Assembly (NCBI RefSeq): GCF_001652585.1
Contig: NZ_LWLG01000010.1
Coordinates: 1 to 32,000, forward strand
Source of the DNA: Thermosulfurimonas dismutans
Lineage (GTDB): Bacteria > Desulfobacterota > Thermodesulfobacteria > Thermodesulfobacteriales > Thermodesulfobacteriaceae
Direction of reading: 5' to 3'
DNA length: 32,000 nt
The notes under the pieces are model-generated. The model worked only from the letters and a program-made list of their open reading frames with translations. It ran no database searches and had not been told where the DNA came from. A program made the translations under genes and the position numbers. Shown one piece after another: positions 25,383 to 32,000 of the stretch; the stretch's first letter is position 1; every line of letters begins with the position of its first letter.

Positions 25383-25673
25383 ATGGTGGTAGGAGTGGTG
25401 CGCATGGAATTCTTCATTCCGGGGAACAACTCCCTTAAAGGAAAGAGACAACTCGTAAAGAGCTTGCTTCACCGCCTTGAGGCTCGGTTCAAGAAACTTT
25501 CGGTGGCCGAGGTTGATGAGCAGGACCTCTGGCAGAAGGCTGTGATCGGGATCTCCACCGTAGGTACCGATAAAGCTCTGGTGGACCGGCGTCTTAATCA
25601 GGTCCTTTCCTTTGTAGAAGACTTCGATGGCCTTGAACTCGTTTCCGCGGAAATAGATTTTATTTCCTATTGA
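25383..25673 (+). CDS. DUF503 (YlxP-like) protein (96 aa)
   Basis: I re-set the start to the ATG at 25383, because the track ORF start lies inside infB. MVVGVVRMEFFIPGNNSLKGKRQLVKSLLHRLEARFKKLSVAEVDEQDLWQKAVIG matches the DUF503 pattern. Confidence 0.75.
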   Translation: MVVGVVRMEFFIPGNNSLKGKRQLVKSLLHRLEARFKKLSVAEVDEQDLWQKAVIGISTVGTDKALVDRRLNQVLSFVEDFDGLELVSAEIDFISY

Positions 25674-25674
25674 A

Positions 25675-26037
25675 ATGCACTATCGTCATTTGCGAGTTGC
25701 CGAACTCATAAAAGAAGCCTTGGGGCTCATTTTACTAGAAGATATCCGGGATCCGGACCTTCAAGGCCTTATCACCATCTCTGAAGTAGAGGTCACCCCT
25801 GATCTTAAAAGGGCTCGGGTCTACTACCGTGTTCACGGCGAAGACGAGGAATGGGCTCGAGCAGAAAGGGGGTTCAAACGGGCTCGCAAATACATTCGAC
25901 ACCTCATTGGGGAACACGTCTTCCTGAAATATATTCCAGAAATAGATTTTTTCCCCGATCGTCGGCCGGAAGATCTGGAAAAGTTCGAAAAAGTCTTTCG
26001 GGATCTGTCATATGGAAAGGATCAAGAAGATTCTTGA
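25675..26037 (+). CDS. rbfA: ribosome-binding factor A (120 aa)
   Basis: RVAELIKEALGLILLEDIRDPDLQGLITISEVEVTPDLKRARVYY is an RbfA signature. Confidence 0.92.
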   Translation: MHYRHLRVAELIKEALGLILLEDIRDPDLQGLITISEVEVTPDLKRARVYYRVHGEDEEWARAERGFKRARKYIRHLIGEHVFLKYIPEIDFFPDRRPEDLEKFEKVFRDLSYGKDQEDS

Positions 26038-26989
26038 GGGAGAAAGATATTTTATCCTGGCCACCCATGTAAATCCGGATGCCGATGGTCTCTCCTCGGT
26101 GCTGGCCATGACCTTGGCCCTCAAGAACCAGGGAAAAGTGGCCCTGCCGCTTGTGGAAGAAGCTCCTCCGGCTTTCCTTGATTTTCTGCACGGTTTCAGG
26201 GAATTGCGAATTCCCGAGGACTTGCACCAGGAGAATCTTCCTTTGAGAGAAGCCGTGGCCATGGTCTTCGATCTTTCGGAGGAACACCGTCTGGGAAAAG
26301 TTGCAGAAGTGGTCAAGGAGACCAAAGAACGCGTCATCCTGGATCACCACGCCTTAGCCGGCAAATCACTTCCAGGGGTAAGACTCATCGATCCCAAGGC
26401 CTCGGCCACCGCCCTTTTGGTGCTGAGAGTGCTTGAGAGTCTAAATTGGCCTATCTCGGCGGAGGTGGCCGAAAACCTTTATGCCGGCCTCTATAGTGAC
26501 ACTGGCGGTTTCCGGTTTGAAAACACCGGGGAGGATACTTTTTTGGCGGCCGCTAGGCTGGTTCGTCTCGGGGCTAGACCGGCCTTCGTAGGCGAAAAGC
26601 TCCTAGAAAATTATCCCCCGGCTCGGTTCGAACTCCTGAAAAGGGTCCTTGCCCGTCGAGAGATCCTGGCCGGGGGAAAGGCCGTCCTTTCTTACCTGAC
26701 CCTATCGGATTTCGAAGAAGTCGGAGCCCGACCTACAGAGGCCGAAGACTTTGCCACTTTCTTGAGGAGTATGCGTGGCGTGGAACTTTCGGCCTTAATC
26801 AAAGAAATCCGTCCCGGAGAGATTGGGGTAAGTCTCCGGAGTCGAGGGACCATCAACGTGGCCGAATTGGCCTTCCAAGAGGGCGGAGGCGGACATCTCA
26901 GGGCCGCTGGTTTCAAGAAAAATGGTTTTACCGTAGAGGAGGTAGTGGCCCTGGTCAGAAGCAAGATCCTCGTGGTTCTAGGAGGTTAA
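26012..26989 (+). CDS. nrnA: DHH/DHHA1 phosphoesterase, NrnA-like nanoRNase / pAp phosphatase (325 aa)
   Basis: ILATHVNPDADGLSS is the DHH motif region, followed by DHH and a C-terminal GGGGHLRAAG (DHHA1). The gene overlaps rbfA by 26 nt. Confidence 0.8.
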   Translation: MERIKKILEGERYFILATHVNPDADGLSSVLAMTLALKNQGKVALPLVEEAPPAFLDFLHGFRELRIPEDLHQENLPLREAVAMVFDLSEEHRLGKVAEVVKETKERVILDHHALAGKSLPGVRLIDPKASATALLVLRVLESLNWPISAEVAENLYAGLYSDTGGFRFENTGEDTFLAAARLVRLGARPAFVGEKLLENYPPARFELLKRVLARREILAGGKAVLSYLTLSDFEEVGARPTEAEDFATFLRSMRGVELSALIKEIRPGEIGVSLRSRGTINVAELAFQEGGGGHLRAAGFKKNGFTVEEVVALVRSKILVVLGG

Positions 26990-26991
26990 AG

Positions 26992-27930
26992 ATGGCTAGA
27001 AACTTAAACGGAGTCCTCGTTCTAGACAAACCCAAAGATATAAGCTCCACCGAGGCGGTGGAAAGGATAAAGAAAATCCTGAGAGTTCGCAAAGCCGGAC
27101 ACGGAGGTACTCTGGACCCCTTTGCCACCGGAGTCCTCCCCATTTGCATCGGAAAAGGGACCAAGATTGCGCAGTTCATCTTGGAGGGCGACAAAGTCTA
27201 TGAAGGCTGTTTCGAACTGGGGATTGTTACGGACACTTACGACCTTACCGGAGAGGTAATAGAAAAGAACCCCGTTCCGGAACTTTCGGCGGAAGAAATC
27301 GGAAAGGTGATGGAAGGCTTTCTGGGAATCATTGAGCAGGTCCCCCCACCCTATTCGGCCGCGAAATACAAGGGACGACCTCTCTACAAATGGGCCCGGA
27401 AAGGCATCAAGATCGAAAAAAAGCCCAAAAAGGTAGAAATTTTAGAATTTAGACTCAAAAAATTCGAATCTCCCCGGGTCTATTTCGAAGTTTATTGTAG
27501 CAAGGGGACTTACGTTCGTTCCTTGATCCATGAGGTGGGACAGAGACTGAACTGCGGGGCCGTGCTCGTAGAACTTCGGCGCATACGCAAGGGACCTTTT
27601 ACCATTGAAGAGGCTTTGGCTTTCGAGGAAATCGAAAAACTCGCCCAAGAAGAAAGGCTTATGGAAAAGATAATCTCACCGGCAGAGGCCCTGTCCTTCA
27701 TACCGGCCGTCACGATTTCGACGAGCATGGCCCAGAGAATAAGGCAGGGCCGCCCGGTTTCCCTGAACGTCCTAGGAAATCTGATAAAACTCCAGAAAGT
27801 GCCCCGGAAACACCGAGTTCCCTGGCTCAGAATCGTAACTGAGGAGGGAGACCTGGTAGCCGTAACATACTATCCGGAAAAACTCTCTGGAAACGGTTGG
27901 GCCGAGATGTTGCGGGTTTTCGTTTCCTGA
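26992..27930 (+). CDS. truB: tRNA pseudouridine-55 synthase TruB (312 aa)
   Basis: GVLVLDKPKDISSTEAVERIKKIL..KAGHGGTLDPFATGVLPICIG contains the catalytic Asp motif. AGGAGG lies upstream. Confidence 0.95.
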   Translation: MARNLNGVLVLDKPKDISSTEAVERIKKILRVRKAGHGGTLDPFATGVLPICIGKGTKIAQFILEGDKVYEGCFELGIVTDTYDLTGEVIEKNPVPELSAEEIGKVMEGFLGIIEQVPPPYSAAKYKGRPLYKWARKGIKIEKKPKKVEILEFRLKKFESPRVYFEVYCSKGTYVRSLIHEVGQRLNCGAVLVELRRIRKGPFTIEEALAFEEIEKLAQEERLMEKIISPAEALSFIPAVTISTSMAQRIRQGRPVSLNVLGNLIKLQKVPRKHRVPWLRIVTEEGDLVAVTYYPEKLSGNGWAEMLRVFVS

Positions 27931-28010
27931 GTTTAGATTAGGGTAAGCTCCGGGGAAGGCCGATGAATCCTCCCAGGGGCTTAAATTTATATTGAAAAAG
28001 GAGGTTGACT

Positions 28011-28280
28011 ATGCCGCTTGATCCCGAGATTAAAACCGAGATCATCAAGAAATTTCAGCGTCATGAAGGAGATACAGGCTCTCCCGAAGTACAGATTGCC
28101 CTTCTTACAGCCCGGCTCAAACAGTTGGAAGAACACTTCAAGGTCCACAAGAAGGACCACCATTCCCGACGAGGGCTTCTCAAACTAGTTGGTCGTCGGC
28201 GAAAGCTGCTCAACTACCTGCGGCGTACGGATTTTGCCCGTTACCGTAAGCTGGTACAGGAACTGGGGTTGAGAGGCTAA
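28011..28280 (+). CDS. rpsO: 30S ribosomal protein S15 (89 aa)
   Basis: I re-set the start to the ATG at 28011, which has AGGAGG 7 nt upstream; the track used the TTG at 28005. [51 protein letters not shown] is canonical S15 sequence. Confidence 0.95.
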   Translation: MPLDPEIKTEIIKKFQRHEGDTGSPEVQIALLTARLKQLEEHFKVHKKDHHSRRGLLKLVGRRRKLLNYLRRTDFARYRKLVQELGLRG

Positions 28281-28299
28281 AAATCAAGTGGAGGCATAG

Positions 28300-30417
28300 A
28301 TGCATCGTGTAGAAACCGAGATAAATGGGCGGAAATTCGTCCTTGAAACTGGAAAGATGGCCAAGCAGGCCCACGGAGCGGTCCTGGTTAGCTACGGCGA
28401 CACGGTGGTGCTGGTTACGGCCGTGGCTTCAGAAGAAACTCGCGACATGGATTTTTTGCCCCTTACAGTGGAATATCAGGAGATGTACTACGCCGCCGGG
28501 CGTATTCCCGGAGGCTATTTTAAACGTGAACTAGGGCGGCCTAGTGAAAAGGAGACCATCACCGCCCGTCTCATCGATCGGCCTATAAGGCCGCTTTTTC
28601 CAAAGAACTGGCGTTACGATACCCAAGTCATAGCCACCGTACTTTCGCTCGATCCGGAAATCGACCCTGACATCCTGGCCATTACCGGGGCCTCTGCGGC
28701 CCTTGAAATCTCGCACATCCCTTTCTCTGGCCCCATCGCGGCCGTACGAGTGGGCCGTATAAATGGTGAGTTCGTACTCAATCCCCGGGCCTCGGAGCTC
28801 AAGGAGAGTGAACTCAATCTGGTGGTAGCCGGGAGCGAAGAAGCCATCGTGATGGTAGAGGGCATGGCCCGGGAGGTTCCCGAAGCCGTGATGGAAGAGG
28901 CCCTGTTTTTTGCCCACGAAGCCTTGAAACCTCTTATTACTCTTCAGAAGGAACTCCGTGAGAAAGTTGGACGTCCTAAACTTGAGATCCCGGAGCCTCA
29001 ACCCGACGAGGTCCTCAGGGAACGGGTCTGGCGTCTGGCCGAAGAAAAACTTGAAGAAATTTTGAGTACCCCAGGCAAGGTAGAACGTAACCGCAAGCGC
29101 AGGGAACTCTACGCTACGGTCCTTTCCGTTTTGGGAGAAGAGGTTCTCGGCCGGGAAGCCGAAGTGCGGGAATATCTGGATGAACTTGAAAAGAAGCGCA
29201 TGCGAGAGATGGTCCTCAACCAGGGACGAAGAATCGATGGCCGAGGACCGAAGGACATCCGGCCCATTTTCTGTGAAGTCAACGTCCTTCCAAGGACCCA
29301 TGGTTCGGCCCTTTTTACCCGCGGTGAGACTCAGGTTCTAGTAGTCACCACTTTAGGTAGCCCGGAAGAGGAACAACGCCTGGATCTTCCAGGGGAGGAA
29401 ATCTTCAAGCATTTCATGCTCCACTACAATTTTCCTCCCTTCTGTGTGGGGGAAGTCAAGCCTCTTCGTGGTCCCTCCCGGCGTGAGATCGGACACGGAA
29501 TGTTGGCCGAAAGGGCATTGACTCCGGTAATCCCAAATGAAGACGAGTTTCCTTACACCATTCGGGTAGTCTCTGATGTACTGGAATCTAACGGTTCCTC
29601 CTCCATGGCCACCGTCTGCGGGGCCACGCTTTCGCTCATGGACGCGGGTGTGCCCATCAAGGACATGGTAGCTGGCATCGCCATGGGCCTCATCAAGGAA
29701 GGTGACCAGGTGGTGGTGCTTACGGACATCCTGGGCGATGAGGACCGGATGGGAGACATGGACTTCAAGGTGGCTGGCACGGAGAAAGGCATCACGGCCT
29801 TCCAGATGGACGTCAAGATTGCGGGGATCACCCGAGAGATCATGACCCGAGCCCTGGAACAGGCCCGCGAGGCCCGACTGGCCATCCTTTCCAAGATGCG
29901 GGAAACGTTAGGCAAACCCCGGGAAAGCCTCTCGGCCTATGCCCCGAGGGTGCTTACCCTTGAAATCAATCCCGAAAAGGTGGGCCAGGTCATTGGTCCG
30001 GGGGGCAAGACCATCAAGGGTATCATCTCGGCCTGTGGTGACGTCAAGATCGACATCGATGATCAGACTGGCCTGGTAAGAATTTACTCTTCGGATCTCG
30101 AGAACGCCGAAAAGGCCGCCAAGATGATCAAAGAGCTCACCCAGGAGGCGGAGGTCGGCAAACTCTATCTCGGCAAGGTCACGCGGGTTACCGACTTCGG
30201 GGCCTTTGTGGAGCTCTTCCCCGGCACTATTGGCCTCATCCACATATCTCAGCTCGATCATCGTAGGGTACGCAAGGTCTCGGACATCTTGAAGGAAGGC
30301 GACGAGGTCATGGTCAAGGTCATAGACATCGACAAGGCCGGACGCATAAAACTCTCCCGAAAGGCCGCTCTTGAAGAATCGGTAAGGGAGCTTGAAGAGA
30401 AACCTTCAAGCGAGTAG
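28300..30417 (+). CDS. pnp: polyribonucleotide nucleotidyltransferase (PNPase; 705 aa)
   Basis: Two RNase PH domains, a KH domain (VGQVIGPGGKTIKGI) and an S1 domain (GKVTRVTDFGAFVELFPGTIGLIHISQL) are present. Confidence 0.97.
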   Translation: MHRVETEINGRKFVLETGKMAKQAHGAVLVSYGDTVVLVTAVASEETRDMDFLPLTVEYQEMYYAAGRIPGGYFKRELGRPSEKETITARLIDRPIRPLFPKNWRYDTQVIATVLSLDPEIDPDILAITGASAALEISHIPFSGPIAAVRVGRINGEFVLNPRASELKESELNLVVAGSEEAIVMVEGMAREVPEAVMEEALFFAHEALKPLITLQKELREKVGRPKLEIPEPQPDEVLRERVWRLAEEKLEEILSTPGKVERNRKRRELYATVLSVLGEEVLGREAEVREYLDELEKKRMREMVLNQGRRIDGRGPKDIRPIFCEVNVLPRTHGSALFTRGETQVLVVTTLGSPEEEQRLDLPGEEIFKHFMLHYNFPPFCVGEVKPLRGPSRREIGHGMLAERALTPVIPNEDEFPYTIRVVSDVLESNGSSSMATVCGATLSLMDAGVPIKDMVAGIAMGLIKEGDQVVVLTDILGDEDRMGDMDFKVAGTEKGITAFQMDVKIAGITREIMTRALEQAREARLAILSKMRETLGKPRESLSAYAPRVLTLEINPEKVGQVIGPGGKTIKGIISACGDVKIDIDDQTGLVRIYSSDLENAEKAAKMIKELTQEAEVGKLYLGKVTRVTDFGAFVELFPGTIGLIHISQLDHRRVRKVSDILKEGDEVMVKVIDIDKAGRIKLSRKAALEESVRELEEKPSSE

Positions 30418-31314
30418 ATACTCCAGCACCGCGGCATGTAACCACATCTTGTTTTCAGATTGCTCCCAAACCACCGATTGTGGACCCTCCAGGACTTCCT
30501 CGGTGATCTCCTCTCCCCTGTGGGCTGGCAGGCAATGCAGCACGATAGCTCCAGGGGCCGCATGCTGCAGAAGTTCCTGGTTGACCTGGTAAGGTTGAAA
30601 GATCTGTCGACGCTCCGCCGCTTCGGCCTCCTGACCCATACTGGCCCAAACGTCGGTATTGATCACATCAGCCCCCTTGACGGCTTCTACCGGGTCCCGC
30701 GTAAGGAGAATAGGTTTCTTGGCGTGTTTTCTGGCCTCGGAAAACACGTCTTCGTCAGGATCGTAGCCCTCCGGACACGCAAGCCGTAATTCGAATCCGA
30801 AAAGGGCCGCGGCCTCCAACCAAGAATTGGCCATGTTGTTGCCGTCCCCCACCCAAGCCACTTTGAGATCTTCGAGCCTCCGGCCAGTTTCGACCACGGT
30901 CATGAGATCCGAAAGTACTTGACAGGGATGAAACTTATCCGATAGGCCGTTTATGATCGGCACCGAGGCATAGGCCGCAAGCTCGTCTACCACCTCCTGG
31001 CCGAAAGTCCGTACTACGATACCGTCCACATATCGGGAAAGCACCCGAGCCGTATCCTTCAAAGGTTCTCCCCGGGCAAGCTGAAGGTCGCGGGCCGAAA
31101 GAAAGATGGTCTCTCCGCCGAGCTTCAGCATAGCGGCCTCAAAAGAAACCCGCGTGCGGGTAGAAGGTTTTTCAAAAATCAAGGCCAGGATTTTACCCGT
31201 AAGTGGCCGGTGGGGTATTCCAGATTTCACTCTCTTTTTGAGTTCAAGTCCCCTCTTAATGAGGCTCTCGGCCTCCTCCACTTCAAGATCAAAGATGCGT
31301 CTTATGTGTCTCAT
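30406..31314 (-). CDS. argF: ornithine carbamoyltransferase (302 aa)
   Basis: I re-set the start to the ATG at 31314, which has GAGGAG 7 nt upstream; the track used the TTG at 31329. The motifs STRTR, SDKFHPCQ, DVWASMGQE and HCLPA are present. Confidence 0.9.
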   Translation of the reverse strand: MRHIRRIFDLEVEEAESLIKRGLELKKRVKSGIPHRPLTGKILALIFEKPSTRTRVSFEAAMLKLGGETIFLSARDLQLARGEPLKDTARVLSRYVDGIVVRTFGQEVVDELAAYASVPIINGLSDKFHPCQVLSDLMTVVETGRRLEDLKVAWVGDGNNMANSWLEAAALFGFELRLACPEGYDPDEDVFSEARKHAKKPILLTRDPVEAVKGADVINTDVWASMGQEAEAAERRQIFQPYQVNQELLQHAAPGAIVLHCLPAHRGEEITEEVLEGPQSVVWEQSENKMWLHAAVLEYLLA

Positions 31315-31367
31315 GTTTTTACTCCTCAAAAGTGGTATAGTTGGGATTTAATTGCGGGAAGGGAAAG

Positions 31368-32000
31368 ATGTCAAGCATAAAAGAAGAAAAAAATCGGCTC
31401 CGCAAAAAAATCCTGGCCGAAAGAGCCAGGCTTACGATAGAAGAAAGGAAAAATCTTTCCCGGAAAATCATAGAAAATCTCCTGGCCACCGAGATCTTCT
31501 CCCGGGCCGAAACGGTATTTCTCTTCGTATCCTTTGGAAGCGAGGTTGAAACCCTGGAACTTATAGGTCAAAGCCTCCTTCTCGGCAAGAAAGTGGCCCT
31601 ACCTCGTACCCTCCTTTCGGAGAAGAAACTCGTTTTTCATCGGCTGTACACTCTGGGGGAACTCGTCCCCGGGGCTTATGGCATCCTAGAGGCGCCGACA
31701 AGAAATCCGGTAATCCCTCCGGAGGAGGCCGATCTAGTGGTTGTCCCGGGAGTGGCCTTTGATCGCAAGGGCCATCGTCTGGGCTACGGAGGCGGTTTTT
31801 ACGACCGCATGTTCTCAGAGACTCAGGCCGTCAAAGTGGCCCTGGCCTTTTCCCTTCAGGTCCTCTCCGAGATTCCCACTGAACCTCACGATATAAGGGT
31901 GGACTATATCCTTACGGAGAAGGAACTCATTTCTTGCCGGAAGCCAGTTCCTCAAGACGCGCAAGACCTTTTCTCTCTCCGAGAGCGATCAAGACGTCTC
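31368..32000 (+). CDS. 5-formyltetrahydrofolate cyclo-ligase (MTHFS), open to the window end
   Basis: This ORF is not in the ORF track because it has no stop inside the window. My translation is MSSIKEEKNRLRKKILAERARL...VVVPGVAFDRKGHRLGYGGGFYDRMF...HDIRVDYILTE, which contains the conserved GYGGGFYDR motif. Confidence 0.8.
   Translation, partial: MSSIKEEKNRLRKKILAERARLTIEERKNLSRKIIENLLATEIFSRAETVFLFVSFGSEVETLELIGQSLLLGKKVALPRTLLSEKKLVFHRLYTLGELVPGAYGILEAPTRNPVIPPEEADLVVVPGVAFDRKGHRLGYGGGFYDRMFSETQAVKVALAFSLQVLSEIPTEPHDIRVDYILTEKELISCRKPVPQDAQDLFSLRERSRRL

Noticed and set aside
28005-28010. TTG at 28005 as the rpsO start, and likewise TTG at 31329 for argF
   Set aside because: In both cases an ATG lies 6-15 nt downstream at ideal SD spacing and gives the canonical protein N-terminus and length.
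28531-29301. 256-aa minus-strand ORF antisense to pnp
   Set aside because: It lies entirely within highly conserved PNPase coding sequence and has no family resemblance. It is a typical antisense open frame in GC-balanced coding DNA.
1-32000. Search for CRISPR repeats, IS/transposon ends, integrases next to the tRNA, prophage or defence-island content
   Set aside because: I saw no direct-repeat arrays, no recombinase-like ORFs, and no duplicated tRNA 3' end (att-like) downstream of tRNA-Gly. Every ORF of 90 aa or more that is not a shadow frame has a housekeeping or flagellar assignment.

Overview
This is a dense, almost fully coding chromosomal window from a diderm bacterium. L/P-ring genes, LptFG and AsmA are present. 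Proteins are E/K/R-rich and GC is roughly 50%, which hints at a thermophile, but I cannot assign a taxon from the sequence alone.

There are three blocks.

(1) 1-13985 is a flagellar locus. On the + strand are sigma-28-type promoter > fliC > strong terminator > flaG, then a 320-nt structured spacer, then sigma-28-type promoter > fliD-fliS-orf94. These converge on a nine-gene minus-strand unit: flgF-flgG-flgA-flgH-flgI-flgJ(rod-binding only)-flgN-like-flgK-flgL. That unit sits behind a consensus sigma-54 (-24/-12) promoter.

(2) 14089-20540 carries an AsmA-family gene, lptG and lptF (-), then an orphan hydantoinase-B/oxoprolinase-family gene translationally coupled to hemW (+).

(3) 20575-30417 is a tRNA-Gly(CCC)-led superoperon: rimP-nusA-ylxR-infB-DUF503-rbfA-nrnA-truB-rpsO-pnp. 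It is followed by argF (-) and a 5-formyl-THF cyclo-ligase gene that runs off the window end.

I see no CRISPR array, transposase, integrase, phage, toxin-antitoxin or defence-like genes. The largest unassigned gap is 320 nt. I therefore cannot honestly claim a new multi-gene system here; this looks like core genome.

The most unusual items are:
- a 1187-aa FlgK, about twice the usual size, built from about six degenerate IN-motif-like modules, one carrying a DxDxDG-type loop
- a low-GC, T/S/N/A-rich flagellin variable domain
- a sigma-54 promoter that nearly abuts the flgF ATG, with a 32-nt palindrome about 90 bp upstream
- twin CTCCCC/GGGGAG hairpins in the flaG-fliD spacer
- a tRNA plus terminator at the head of the nusA-infB operon

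The ORF track uses GTG/TTG as starts, so I re-set several starts by Shine-Dalgarno (SD) position.
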